A stretch of DNA of 64,000 nucleotides from Eledone cirrhosa (lineage: Eukaryota): the NCBI GenBank assembly GCA_964016885.1, contig OZ024747.1:12648001-12712000 (forward strand), given 5' to 3'. How positions within the stretch are numbered: the first letter of the stretch is position 1; each line of letters opens with the position of its first letter. The notes beneath the pieces are model-generated. The model was not told the origin of the DNA, searched no databases, and saw only the letters and a list, made by a program, of their open reading frames with translations. Made by a program: the position numbers and the translations under genes. Shown here one piece after another: positions 12,136 to 26,519 of this stretch.

Positions 12136-13698
12136 TGACCTCTCTGCAGAGTTTACTTTTTAATTATATATTGTGTGTTTATCTCTGTATAGACATATTT
12201 AATGATTGTCTTTATCTGCTGGACAGATTTTACGGCTTAAACCGACTGGCAGGAGAACCAGGGGTTACACCCTCAACAACTGTTTCTATTCCTACTGTAA
12301 ACTCGGTTATGAAAAATTGATGCTTTAAATGCTGTCTGGAACTTCAACAGGAAAAATATTAAAGAATTCAAGTCTTCCAAAATGAGGAATTGATTCAAAA
12401 TGTCACTTGTTGATTTTAATAACAACTGCAATCATTTCCGAATTTGCAAGCTGTTCTTGAGCTGATCATGCAATACCCTTGGTAAAGTGGTACTGCTGGT
12501 ACCATGATAAAATGTATCTAGTACTCTTGGTAAAGTGGTAGCGCTCATGCCACGATAAAATGCACCCGATACATTCTGTGAAGTGGTAGTGCTGTTGCCA
12601 CGATAAAATACACCCAATACACTCTGTGAAGTGGTTGGCATTAGAAAAAGCATCCAGCCATAGAAACTACTCCAAAGTTAGAAAAAGTACAAACAAGACT
12701 TGGTTCTCTGACCCAACTAGTATCTATGACAAACTGCCCAACCAATACCAGCATGAAAAGTGGGTGTAAAATTAAACGCGCGCGCGTGCACACGCACACA
12801 CACGTTTGTACATACACATGTATGTTTTTTTTTGGTTTGTTAGTGCATGTAACCATAGTGTATGGGTGCTATTGCATTTTATTATTATATATTTAATTAG
12901 TTGTATGTGTCTGGGAATAATTATGTTAATGTGAGTATACAAGTGCAACATTTGGTATATTATGTTCGTGGTTAAGTGCGTGTATGTATGTCGTTAGTGT
13001 CTGTTTGGTGTGTTTATGCAGTCTAGTATTATGTGTTTAATTAAATGTGTATGTACAAGTACTGTTATGCATGTATGATATCATAGTGCATGACTGTGTG
13101 TGTATATGTATGTATATATATGTATATATATATATAATTAGTTGTGTGTTGTAGGGTATATTAGTGTCTAGTGGTGCAAGTACTAAGGCTCTATCATTAC
13201 ATATTTGGTGGTCTTTTGTGGTTGTATTATATTGTTTTTGTTTGTGTGGTGGGGGCTGGGTTGTGTGTGTGTGTGGTGGGGGCTGGGTTGTGTCTGTGGT
13301 TGTGTGGTTGGGGCTGGGTTGTATCTGTGGTTGTGAGTTGCATTGTGTGTGTTTTGGGCTTGGTTGCCTGTGTGTGTGTGTGTGGGGGGGGGGGGGGGGT
13401 GCATTGTATTTATGTGTTTTGGGCTGGGTTGTGTGAGGTTGAAAGTGCAATTGTGGTGGGATTGTGTGTCTGGTTTGCATTGTGTGTTTGTGTGTGTTTT
13501 GGGTTTGGTTATGTGAGTTTGGGGATGGGTTATGTGAGAATGTGGTTGGGTCAGGTTTGTGTGTTTGAGCCTTATTAGTTATGTATACAGTGCATTGAAG
13601 GGTCACTGTTACACCCTGTACAAAAACACCAAGATGAACTTGATTTGGGTTCTTTAATAAAAAATAAAATATATATTTTGGTTATTATCCATGATTAT

Positions 13699-13965
13699 TT
13701 AACCCTTTAGCATTTACAGTAAATATATAGTAAATATAGAGTATTATATATACTATATAGAGTATTATATATACTATTATATTTTCACGGTAAATGCTTT
13801 ACCTCACATAATTATCCCACATAATATTGAATCTATGAGATTTTGTTATTTATTTTGAGAAAAATACCTTAATATAAGTATGAGTGGCTAGTTTCAGCTG
13901 GTTTGAACAGAAAGAGGTGAGAGAATTTTGGCCGGATATGGCTGGTTTAAATGGTAAAGGGTTAA
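13699..13965 (+). mobile_element. piggyBac-type MITE family 1, with a small internal inverted duplication
   Basis: TTAA-CCCTTTAGCATTTA ... TAAATGGTAAAGGG-TTAA. Confidence 0.85.
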
Positions 13966-14769
13966 CATTGTAAAGATATCGTAGAAAATATTATACATTG
14001 TAATGACTGTAGGAAGTACTAAGATGGTGATTATTACTGGGGTTATATTTAGATTAAAATTTCAGCATTTTTCAATAGATTTTACTATTGTAAATAGATA
14101 TTTTGTGACAAAGGTCAGATAAGTGAAATTTGAAGAAAGAAATATGAAGGTACAAAAGACATTAATGCTGGTTATCTAATGTAACATTTGATTGTATAAT
14201 GTAAAATGTCAGATGGATATTAATGTGGTTTTCAGTGAATAAAATTTAAGATTGTCATAGTGTTGACTTATAGGTTAGATGTTATGTAACAAAGGTTAGA
14301 AATAGAGGAAAAAAAGTCAATTAATATTGAAAGTGGTAATTAGGGGAACAGGAACAAGTTGTAAAACTGAAGAAAAATCATATTGGTAATATATTTAAAT
14401 GTATGTATGGACCTGCAACTCCTGGTGAAGTCATAGGTACATTATAGTGATATACAATGATTTTTAGGCATTTTAAACCTGGTTGAGCCCATCTCTCGAA
14501 GCCTGAATACAGCTGATACCTTCCAGAGAAAGTGATGTAATAGAAGAGATGTAGAGGAAGAATCGACCCCAGTACTGGACTGATAATATATTTATTGATC
14601 TCAAAAGCATAAAAGACAAAGTTGACCTCAGAGTGGTTTGAACTTAAATCACAGAGAACTGGAACAAATACTACAAGGCATTCTGACTTTCTAATAGCTC
14701 TGCCAATTTGTCATAATATTTGGATATATAATGTGAGATGTAAGGTAGATATTAGTAGAGTTTCCAGGT

Positions 14770-14993
14770 TTAACCCTTTAGTATTTATATTACTCTACAT
14801 ATACTATTGTATTTTCATGGTAAACACTTTTTCACATAAATATCTTGCATAATATCAAATCTGTGAGATTTTGATATTTATTTGGAGAACAATATCTTAA
14901 CATAAGTATGAGTGTCCAGTTACGGCCAGTTTGGACAGAAAAGGGTGAGAGAATTCTGGCAGGATTTGGCTGGTTTAAATGCTAAAGGGTTAA
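14770..14993 (+). mobile_element. piggyBac-type MITE family 1
   Basis: TTAA-flanked TIRs and shared body. Confidence 0.85.
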
Positions 14994-15439
14994 GATATTT
15001 AGACTCTAGTGGAGACTAATTTGGAAATATAAATATAAGTTAACTTTAATATTATATTAAGTTCAAATGGATATTTTAGTAGTGATGGTTCATAAATATA
15101 CAATAGCTGAAGAGTACTAAAAGTACACTAGTTAAAGAGGGGGGGAATGGATGAAGAGTTGTATCAGTATAAAAAGAGGATATATAGATTTATTTGTAAA
15201 ATAAAAAGTATGAAATGTTCAAATTAGTGATTAGTTGTCAGTTTAGTACATAGAATAGTTAAATAAATAACTGAGCAGAAGTTCTAGTGGTACAAAAAAA
15301 AAAGTTATGTAAAATATTAAATGTAAAATTTGGATTTATAAAGTAAGATGTTCATAGGTTTTATTTTTTTAAAAACATTGTTTTTTACAATGTTAAACAA
15401 CACATACACACTAGATTTATTAGCAGAAGAGGTAGCTAC

Positions 15440-15950
15440 ACCTAAAGCATAGTAGAAGCCAAAGTGAAAAAAAAGTTCAGGGAGCTATTAGCTGGGCTGG
15501 CAACAAAGGTTGTTTTTTTTCTCTCAGTGAAGGGCAGATTGTATGAGGCTTGTGTATGAAGTGTGATAGTAAATAATAGTGAGATGTAGGCCTTGAATTT
15601 CAAAGATTTGCAACAGCTGGGAATAAATGAATTGAGCATGCTCTGCTAGATGTATAATGACAGTGTACATAAACAGTGAAGCACAAACGAACTAGATATA
15701 GTGAGCTAGAGAGAATACTACACTGCTATGGGCATGTGATTCACATAGAGTATGTCGGCTTTAGAAAAAAGTGCCAAGTACTTCAAGTGGATGGAACCTG
15801 TGTAAGAGAGATAGACCAAGGAAGACATGGGATGAAGTGGGGGGGGGGGGGGGAACTGATCTCAGGAAGCTAAACCTCATGGAGGACATGACAAAGACCG
15901 ATGATGAGTGGTGACACTATGCTGGAGAAGACACACCAGCTACTGCAAAT
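15440..15950 (+). mobile_element. Degenerate RTE LINE 3' ORF fragment
   Basis: Frameshifted remnants such as VKGRLYEACV, HCYGHVIH, KKCQVLQVDG and RPRKTWDEV. Confidence 0.7.
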
Positions 15951-16800
15951 AATGGGCAAAATTATTCATGGTGGTGATGGTGAAAGTTGAGATGTACTAT
16001 GTATGTATCATTGGATCTATCAACCAGTATGTTCTTGTTAAGTGTCCATCTACTGTTCTATTTGTTATCCTTTCATCTATCACTGGCTGTCTTATTCACT
16101 ATACCACACCACACCACCTGAGTAATGAGGGAGGGCATTTGATCTGTCCATATTCAACCCCTCCTGTATCATTACTCTGCCTCTCTTCCTCTATCACTAC
16201 CTAGCTCCATCATGACACAGAATAATGAGGGATAGCATCAGATTTGTTTATATATATATATACTACAGTGACCATCTACCACTAAGCATGATTCCATTAA
16301 ATATTTGGAAACTTGCTCTTCTAAGATTTATGTAGCTGGTATATATATTTTTGTAGGTATTGTTTAAAGTGTAAACAACATTCGCTTACACTACATAAAA
16401 TGTCACAGTAATATAGCAAACAAATGTAAAATAACTGTTTATTCTCAATACATGTTTTACTCACAAAGTTGGCTTAAAAACCATTGATAATTACATAAGA
16501 AAAAGAAAGATAAAAACAAAATTAAGTAATGAGTGAAAGGGGAAGGGGTAAAGAAGGGCAGATCTGGCTGTATGGGAAAGTAGAGGAAAGGATTATAAAT
16601 GCCTTAAATGAGAGGAAAAGGAGGGTAAAAGCAAGGATTCTTGGGCCACAGAAGAAAGACAGGGGAAGGGGTGATGGGCTCTGGGCTTAGGGTGGGGCTG
16701 TGTTTGGGCTGTGCCCCACAGGCAAAACTGCAAAGGCAATTGTGCCATGAGTGAAATGTTTTATATGTAGCTGTTGTACATTATATATTTGGTACTACAA

Positions 16801-16990
16801 GGGCGGTGGATTGGCAGTATCGGTAGAGGGTCGGACGCCATGCTTTCCAGCATAGTTACGTCCCTTTACGATCTGAGTTCAAATCCCGCCGAGGTTGACT
16901 TTGCCTTTCATCCTTACGGGGTCGATAAAATAAAGTACCAGTAATGCACTGGATAATTGCTGGCCTTGTGCCTAAAGTAGAAACAATTAT
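16801..16990 (+). mobile_element. tRNA-derived SINE (family B) with 21-bp target-site duplication. Other copies at about 19720-19886(+), 26805-26984(-), 33585-33760(-), 34659-34850(+), 37608-37793(+), 37799-37945(+), 46465-46570(-), 49413-49625(-), 51140-51290(+), 52770-52878(-), 53060-53210(+), 57405-57605(+)
   Basis: A box tggcagtatcgg and B box gagttcaaatcc. Body gactttgcctttcatccttacggggtcgataaaataaagtaccag. TSD attatatatttggtactacaa at 16780-16800 and 16986-17006. Confidence 0.88.
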
Positions 16991-17849
16991 ATATTTGGTA
17001 CTACAATAAAAGCATACACTCCACCCTGTAAAGTAGTTTTATTGGTGTCACGAAAAAATACTTAGCCCATCCTGTAAGGTGTTGGTGCCACATAAAAAGC
17101 TCTTAGTAAACAATGTAAAGTGGTTGGTGTTAGGAAGTGCATCCAACCATAGAAAACCATGTATGAGAAAAACGTCATTAACCTGTCTAGCCTCATAATG
17201 ACATCCTTTCTAACCCACACAAGCATGGAAAATAGACATTAAACAGTGTTGATGACACCCACATTCAAACATGGAACAATAATTTACTTGAAACAAATAT
17301 AACAGTTTATATCAATAATATTCTTATCAGCTGAGTTCTCAGTCCAATAGAAATTAGTTGCCATCTACAATATTGAATAAAATCAACATTATTATTTATC
17401 TACCACTTGCTATTGTTTAAACAGAAATAGGCATGTTGTCTGTAAATTCATTCTAAAACCAGTTAGAATAATCTTTAATTGCTCTCTGCATCATATCCAA
17501 ACCACTCCTAAACCTGACAGTTCAGTATATATTTTTTTTTAATTCAACATTATTATTGAGTGACTTGCATTTTATGAAACTTTGTTTTCCCAACTGTTTG
17601 ATACTGTACATCTGGTTGTCTATATCTCACAATATTCACTTTTAACAAATTGCTTTTGTCTGATTAGGTGTTTACTGTATGACAAGCTTTTAGGATAGTC
17701 TGTTAATTATAATATTTCCACTTCAGGAATTTATATCTATTTTGTATGTAATTTTATATTGTTAGTTTAGTTTAAATCGTCACCACATCCATTTTTCTTA
17801 ATATAGATTAAGTGAGCTTTTCCTACAGCATGTTGTTACTCATCTTAAA

Positions 17850-19140
17850 CCTTTGTTTTGTCTGTGAGGGCCAACCTCAACACTCTCTTCTATCTCTTCT
17901 TTGGTCACAAGATCTTCGACTGTGAGCATATAACACTTGTTCTTCCAGCTGTTTTGATCTGTTCACATCTATATATCAGAACACATCTTTCCTGCACACA
18001 TCTGTTGATAATTTTCATGTTTAGCCACTCTTTCAGCTCACTTGTGCTTCCTCCTGAAAATTTAATATTACACATCCACACTCAACAGGCCATACTCAGC
18101 TTATTTCTTTCCAGCTACTAGAGGACCTCTGTATTTAATGCCTATTCTTCGCTGCAATACATCAACACATTTCTTACACATTCTTATACAGCTTGCCTTT
18201 TGCCAACAAAGGTAACGTTTTCCTGAATTTCTTCCACCATTTTCTTATATGAGCTCCTATCCTTTCACTACAACCACCCCAACATTAATCTAGGTAATCT
18301 AAGTATGAGAAATTATCAACTATATCTAATAAGCTGTAGTAGTGCATCAACTTCATTACATGTTTGTCTCTACCATTGACTATTTCTACACATTTGAATC
18401 TTGACTCTGTAAATCCATCAGAGCTCCACTGCATCTTATGTGACTTTTCTCTTTCTTTAATTCTTTTTGCTCTCTATGAAGCAATGGGTGACACGAGATC
18501 TCTATTAATGTTTGGATCTATTTGTCATTTCTGTAGCAATTTTGATTAATATAGGATTAGAGGCTGCTAGACTGACACTCTGTCCCCCTTTTCAACACAA
18601 GCTGAACACTACCCTAGCAGTTCGAGTTCAAGAAGGAGGCTTCTGTATTCCTAGAGTATCCCATTCCGAACCTGGGACTCGCATAAGGCAGGGTCATTAT
18701 GCCCTATAATAATGACTAAAGTCACTACCCACTACCTATATCTTTTCTGTACAAATTGCTTATACTGAGCATACACTCTCTGAAGTCCCTATCTAGTCCT
18801 GTTTACATATAAAGTTAGTCCTCTTCCAAGACAACACTGAGATTTTATGTTCTTTCTTACTAACTCAATTTTTGGACTTCCAACCTTTGTACCCTGTTTG
18901 GAACTTTTCTTTGGATTTTTAATAGATTCTACAATGTGAACCAAGCCATTGACATATGCAAGTTCCCAAAATATAGAATACTAAGCTCCAAAGTTATAAC
19001 CTTCAGCTCTATCATGAATAATTGAGGATTAAGGATAGATCTCTTATCAATCCTAATCTTGCTTATAATGCTTCTTTTGTACATTACTTGAACAGTTCTC
19101 ACAAGCATTTTGTCTGCATTTAAATTTCTCATTGGTCCCC
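17850..19140 (-). mobile_element. Highly degenerate RTE LINE fragments
   Basis: Minus-strand remnants resemble the RTE RT-to-C-terminal region seen at 15440-15950. Many stops and deletions. Confidence 0.5.
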
Positions 19141-19889
19141 AGGCAACAGAACTTACCTTGTTCTAAAAATGTTTTCATCTATTATATTTCATTTTTTATT
19201 CCAACACTATTACTTCAGATGGATCCATTTCATATATTTATTATTTTTTTTTTTTTTGTCTTATTCTAATATGATTAACATTTTGGTTTATTCATACTCT
19301 TGGCTTATTCATCTGTACCACTTAAACTTTTCACATATAAACCACCATCTGATATTACTAAATCACCATCTAATAACAATTCTCTATCTATTCTATGCCA
19401 TTTTTTTATATCATTTAAAAGAAAACTTTGATGTCTTTGATTTCCCATTTCTAATTTGTTTTCAAATTTAGTTGGCCTCAATAAACCCTGTGCATATGAG
19501 GTAACGAGATATGCTGTATTATTTAGATATAATATTACTACTAGCATTATATTATATTAATCCACCTGTATACAATACAGTTGTGTCATTAGAGGAATGA
19601 ATGACATTCTTAGCTCTGACTACGCCATAAAAACAAATAGAAATAAAATAAATATCTCTGGTTGACTATACCTCCAACTAACCATTGTAGCCTTAGACCT
19701 ATATAGAAATCATTATTTCAGGGTCGGATGCTATGCTTTGACGCATAGAGTTACGGCCCTTGCCATTCTGAGTTTGAATCCCGCCAAGGTTAACTTTGCC
19801 TTTTATCCTTACAGGGTCGATAAAATAAAGTACCAGTAATGCACTGGATAATTGCTGGCCTTGTGCCAAAAAGTAGAAACAATTATTAC

Positions 19890-20094
19890 TTAACCCTTTA
19901 GCATTTACATTACTCCTTATATTTACTATTATATTTTCACGGTAAAGGCTTTACTGCACAGAATATCGAATCTTTAAGATTTAGATATTATTTATTTTGA
20001 GAACAATACCTTAACATCAGTATGAGCGGCTGCTTTGAACAGAAAGAGGTGAGAATTTTGGTGGATGCAGTCAGTTTAAATGCTAAAAGGTTAA
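19890..20094 (+). mobile_element. piggyBac-type MITE family 1
   Basis: TTAA-flanked TIRs. Abuts a SINE B tail. Confidence 0.85.
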
Positions 20095-21650
20095 CATTTG
20101 TAGAGATACTTAACCAATATACTGTATACTGTACATATCATTTTCAAATGAATGGTTTATTGCCAACTTTTCAGAAATGTTTACTACATACTCATAGGTC
20201 CCAAATAATAGTAAGGTGGGGTGTTATAAACCTGCTGTTTGTTTTTAAATGTTTATATTTGTCTAAAATTTTCCATCTTAATTTTATGTTCCAAACATCA
20301 ACTTAATGAGAAAGTTATATTACTAAGTCTCTTCAAATTCTTGATATATTTTCCAAATTATTTGAAAATCATATTAGAAATATGGTAATGAAATACGGGA
20401 CATCATCTATCTTAGACAACAGGCCCGACTGATATGTTATCTATTTCTTGTATCTAGCTGGGTAAACCAAGATAATCATCACTCTTTTAAGTCTATTTTC
20501 CATGTATGCATAGGATATATGGGCTGTCACATTATGAGGCTAGACAAATCAGTTGACCACATCTTGTTCGTATGCTCTGAGTTTGGCTTAGTTTTCTATG
20601 ATCTGATGCCCTTCCTAATGCCAACCACTTTATGGCATGTAGCTTAAATATAGCATATAGCTTAAATTTACTACAATAACTTGAGCTGACAGATAGTTAT
20701 CACTCACCTTGCTCAATCTATGTCTTTAAAAAATATAACCTCAGATAACGTCTGAGTGAAATTATATCTTATAAAAAGCATAATATGATCTTAGCTGGAA
20801 TGCCATTCATCTTATGTTTGCTCAATCAGGTCAGACCTGAGCCTAAGCGATATTGATAGCAAGTACAAAAGCAACAACTACTTATAACATAACTAAAAAA
20901 AAAGTTATAAATAGCAACCAATTCACCCTCAAATCCCATTCTGCTATCTTAAAAACAAACAAAAAAACTAGACATATTGCATAATATACCTACATAGAAT
21001 CTGTCTGGAAATGTGTGTGGATCATTGCTGGAATGTTTTTGATCATTGGTTTACTTGACCAGGACTTATCCTAGGGTTAAACAAAACACAAGCAGAAAGA
21101 CATCAGCTTCAAACCTAATGAGCTGAGTAATCTAACACTGTACACACTAGGTCATTTTGTTTCTACTCCCTTGCATGGTAACTTGGAGAAAATTGTAAAA
21201 AAATATACTTTGAAGAATATTTTGTTGATTTTAACCAACTTCAAATTCTACGTAGATGGTGTGCTGAAGTATTTTGCTCTGGAGGTCAATATTGCACTGG
21301 TTTCACTTTGGAGGTGAAATTTTTTTTTTTTTTTCCTTAATGTATTTTGAATGAATATGGCCTCCAAAACAATCAGAAATTGTTTAAAAAATCGTTACAT
21401 ACTGGAGTTGTGAAACAGAAGCTATACTCTAGATGGCACTTAAAACATTTGTAACATGTAACTAAACATCCTGTAAAGTACTTTGTCTGACAATCTAATG
21501 CTTTTGTCAATCCAACCACTGTTATTGTAACTAAGATAATGAAATACAGCGTTGACCTTGTGGGATTTGAACTCAGAATGTAAAGTGACAAGTAACTACT
21601 GAAAAACATCTTTTGATGCTCTACTGATTTTTGTAAGAGTTTAAAATCAA

Positions 21651-21810
21651 TTGCATCAACCATTTTATTAACTTTTCATTGTCAGTAGCAGAATTTCAAC
21701 ATGGAACTTGCATCAACCATTTTATTAACTTTTCATTGTCAGTAGCAGAATTTCAACATGGAACTTGCATCAACCATTTTATTAATCCTCCATTGACAGC
21801 AGTAAAATTT
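21651..21810. repeat. 57-bp exact tandem duplication plus a diverged third copy
   Basis: 21651-21707 equals 21708-21764. Confidence 0.9.
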
Positions 21811-22899
21811 GAACCAAGAGAAATAAATTTAAATACTGTGATGTGTTTGACTTTGTCTTATGCCTGGGCATAATTGACACTAATATGTTACTGGTACTTA
21901 TTTGCTTAATAAGCCCCTGTAGAATTGATACTCATAAATAGACAGACCAATGGTTTCATGCTACAAAGTATTTAGTTGAATACAATAGCGTTTGTACCAA
22001 ATTTATTGCTCTAATATTAGTAATAATATAAATGGGGTTGTTGTGTATCCTCAAGTTAGATCTAACCATGCAGAACTGATATTAAAAAAACATTCAAGCT
22101 GTGATCATCCCTAGCCCCAAGTCAGATCTAACCAAGCAGAAGTGGTATCAAAAACACTCAAGCTATGATCATCCTTAAACCCAAGTCAAATCTAACCAAG
22201 CAGAGTGGGATCAAAAGCATTCAAGCTATGATCATCCCATCCTTTTCTGACTACATTGTCTGATGTGACATTTTTTCAGATGGTAGTATGTTGTTAAAGG
22301 AAGACTTGGCTGCTCTTTCTAGTAGATCAAGCAAGCATATAAAGGTTCTTTCATTGGTTCATAAATGCAGTGTAGTGTTGTGCAGTGTAGTGTAGCAATG
22401 ACAATGTCAGTATTGCTTCTTTCTATATACACAGTACTATGTATTCTATATACACACTCTCACGCTATCATTGTAACTTTGACTGTTATTTTGTTGTTGT
22501 TTGTTGTTTGTTTTCTCTCTATCTCACTACATATATTAAGCCTGTGTAATAAGGAAGTGTTGTTACATCCTGCAAACTAATCCAATATCTCTCCTCTCCC
22601 TTTTACTTTCTTCCTTTGCTTTGTACTTTTCACTGCCCCCTCCCCCCTCCCCTCCTCCCTATCTCCATTGCTAGCCTCTGCTAACCATTATGCATGCAGT
22701 CTCACTAGCAGCCTATATTCTGTTACTATGGTTACTACTGTGGAGAATTCTTAGGGAATTCTTGCACTAGACTGACATATCTTGAATTGGTAAAAATATA
22801 AAAATTATTTCATTCTGCAGTTATTTGTTTACATGTATCAAGCTATCACTGTCATTGCTATATATTCGCACCATAATATTTACTATATATATATACACA

Positions 22900-22994
<95 letters not shown>

Positions 22995-23487
22995 TGTATA
23001 AATTTATTTAATGACAGTAATGGTGATGTCTAGGCTGATACATGTATAAATACATGAGAGCTATTACCTTGCATTTTATGTAAATACCTAGTCTCCCATT
23101 AGCTTATTTTTTTCATTTTAAACCCTTTTACTACTATATTTCTTATGAAAGACACAGCCTATGATTTTCAAGTAATTTTTGAAAATAATGAAGAATTTAG
23201 AGAAATTTACTATAACCTTCTCATTAAGCTGGTATTTCAAGCATAACTTAGCAAAGATTCTTACATAAAATTATGATGGGAGGTTTTTTAGATAAATATA
23301 AACACTTTAAAAGAAACAGTTTTGCATGATAAAAGCAAAGGCAGTTTCAGGGACTTTGGTCAGAAAAGGGTTAATGCATACTAAGTATATTAGAGGTGCT
23401 TTATTTTACAAGATACATAAATACTAGAGAGCACAAGTTTTAAGCAAGGAACAAGCTTACATCATTGTTATTGTTCTTTGGTGATAT

Positions 23488-25144
23488 ATCCACCATTTGT
23501 GTTGTGATGTCCTTGTGTTATGATGGCCACCAGTTGTGCTATGATAGCCACCAGTTGTGTTGTGATGTCAACCAATTGTGTTGTGATGTCCACCAGTTGT
23601 GTTGTGATGTCCACCAGTTGTGTTGTGATGTCCACCAGTTGTGTTGTGATGTCCACCAGTTGTGTTGTGACGTCCACCAGTTGTGTTGCGACGTCCACCA
23701 GTTGTGTTGCGACGTCCACCGGTTGTGTTGCGACGTCCACCGGTTGTGTTGCGACGTCGACCGGCTGGGTTGCGACGTCCACCAGTTGTGTTGCGACGTC
23801 CACCAGTTGTGTTGCGACGTCCACCAGTTGTGTTGCGACGTCCACCAGTTGTGTTGCGACGTCCACCAGTTGTGTTGCGACGTCCACCAGTTGTGTTGCG
23901 ACGTCCACCGGCTGGGTTGCGACGTCCACCAGTTGTGTTGCGACGTCCACCAGTTGTGTTGCGACGTCCACCAGTTGTGTTGCGACGTCCACCAGTTGTG
24001 TTGCGACGTCCACCAGTTGTGTTGCGACGCCCACCAGTTGTGTTGCGACGCCCACCAGTTGTGTTGCGACGTCCACCAGTTGTGTTGCGACGTCCACCAG
24101 TTGTGTTGCGACGTCGACCAGTTGTGTTGCGACGTCGACCAGTTGTGTTGCGACGTCCACCAGTTGTGTTGCGACGTCCACCAGTTGTGTTGCGACGTCC
24201 ACCAGTTGTGTTGCGACGTCGACCAGCTGGGTTGCGGCGTCCGCCAGTTGTGTTGTGACGTCCACCAGTTGTGTTGCGGCGTCCACCAGTTGTGTTGCGA
24301 CGTCGACCAGCTGGGTTGTGGCGTCCACCAGTTGTGTTGTGGCATCCACCAGTTGTGTTGCGGCGTCCACCAGTTGTGTTGCGACGTCGACCAGCTGGGT
24401 TGTGGCGTCCACCAGTTGTTGCGACGTCCACCAGTTGTGTTGTGACGTCGACCAGTTGTGTTGTGGCGTCCACCAGTTGTGTTGTGACGTCCACCAGTTG
24501 TGTTGCGACGTCCACCAGTTGTGTTGCAGCGTCCACCAGTTGTGTTGCGACGTCGACCAGCTGGGTTGCGGCGTCCACCAGCTGTGTTGTGGCGTCCACC
24601 AGTTGTGTTGTGGCGTCCACCAGTTGTGTTGTGGCGTCCACCAGTTGTGTTGTGGCGTCCACCAGTTGTGTTGTGGCGTCCACCAGTTGTGTTGTGACGT
24701 CCACCAGTTGTGTTGCGGCGTCCACCAGTTGTGTTGCGGCGTCCACCAGTTGTGTTGCGGCGTCCACCAGTTGTGTTGCGGCGTCCACCAGTTGTGTTGC
24801 GACGTCGACCAGCTGGGTTGTGGCGTCCACCAGTTGTTGCGACGTCGACCAGCTGGGTTGTGGCGTCCACCAGTTGTGTTGTGGCGTCCACCAGTTGTGT
24901 TGCGACGTCCACCAGTTGTGTTGCGACGTCGACCAGCTGGGTTGTGGCGTCCACCAGTTGTGTTGTGGCGTCCACCAGTTGTGTTGCGACGTCCACCAGT
25001 TGTGTTGCGACGTCGACCAGCTGGGTTGTGGCGTCGACCAGTTGGGTTGTGGCGTCGACCAGTTGGGTTGTGGCGTCCACCAGTTGTGTTGCGACGTCCA
25101 CCAGTTGTGTTGCGACGTCCACCAGTTGTGTTGTGACGTCCACC
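23488..25144. repeat. 21-bp GC/CpG-rich minisatellite, about 78 units, consensus gtccaccagttgtgttgcgac
   Basis: Direct tandem periodicity of 21 bp. Variants gtgatgtc, gtggcgtc and gtcgaccagctgggtt. Confidence 0.97.
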
Positions 25145-25247
25145 TATCTGTTAGGCACAAACTCTCTAGTTTTCCTTATTTCTTTCTCTAAAAAGAGAAA
25201 TATAATATACTTAGGCTCGTTCATATCATCACCAACATCATTGTTGT

Positions 25248-25584
25248 CACCACCACCACCACCACTACCATCACCACCACTACTACTACCACCACCACCA
25301 CTACCACTACCACCACCACCACTACCACCACCACCACTACCACCACCACCACCACCACTACTACCACCATCACCACTACTACCACCACTACCATCACCAC
25401 TACCACCACCACCACCACCACCATCACCATCATCACTACCACCACCATCACTACTACCACCACCACCACTACCACCACCATCACTACTACCATCACCACT
25501 ACCATCACCACCACCACTACCATCACCACCACCACTACCATCACCACTACCACTACCACCACCACCACTACCATCACCACCACT
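25248..25584. repeat. (CCA/CTA/TCA)n triplet microsatellite
   Basis: Seen directly. Confidence 0.95.
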
Positions 25585-26519
25585 CATGCTATATTTCTGG
25601 CAATAATTTCCATTAATTCTCTCCGGGTCTTCATCAGGAATTATGTCAGGATATAAAGAAGACATTGACAGTGAGCAGTATTAACTGTTTCAATGAAGAC
25701 CAAGCCTTATATGATTAAGATTTAATTTGAATGCATTGTTGTTTATTAGCTCTAGAGAATACATATCCATGATGGCAGTTTCATTTTTGGTGAATTTATC
25801 TGAAAGAAGAATTAAAAGAAATAAAAAAAAAATAAAAACATTCAAAGAGTATTAGATGTGCTTAACTGTATAGATAAAGGGACCGAATTGGCAGAGTTGT
25901 TAGAACATCAGATAGTCTTTTGTAGTATTTGTTCCAGCTCTCGGTATTCTATGTTCAAAACCTGTCAAAGAGTCAGGAGGATTCTTCAGCTGTGTCAAAG
26001 ACATGACAACCTCCTTAGTGCTGGTATCGTGATAAAATGCACTCTGTTGTGTGTGGGATCATATGTAAGCAATATGTGGGTTGCTAGCTCTTCTGAGACC
26101 GTGTTAAATTGCAGGAATGTGAGTGACATAAACTGTCAAAGACATAAACAGTCTAGAATATATAAACTGTCAATGAAGGTCTCTTTTATGGGTAAGGCTC
26201 GGTGGAGGATGTGCCTTTCTATGGGTATGACATGGTATAGGATGGGTCTTTCTATAGGTGTAGCTCAGAAAGAGGTGGTCTCTTTTATAGGTATGACTAG
26301 ATGGAGTATGGGCTCTGAGCAAATTCCTGACTTGTTTCAAAGAAGTACTAAACCTTTAGTAGCACCTATACAGCCCAATGATTTCTTAAAGTACAGGCTA
26401 ACCATTCTTTACAATAACCACTGTACCCTGAGAGTTGTCTTTCTTTCTCTCTCTCTCTACATTAGAAATAAAAGCTGGATGAAAAAAACCCGATGGGTAT
26501 GTATATGTGTGTATGTGTG

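Noticed and set aside
23465-25191. CRISPR-like array or Cys-rich/heptad protein gene
   Set aside because: Units are contiguous with no unique spacers and the context is eukaryotic. Frames are open because the unit lacks stops, and 2-nt deletions shift frame. No splice or codon evidence.
25144-25665. Gly/Ser-rich 173-aa ORF and poly-Pro/poly-Val ORFs
   Set aside because: Triplet microsatellite. The same pattern recurs at 47610-47908.
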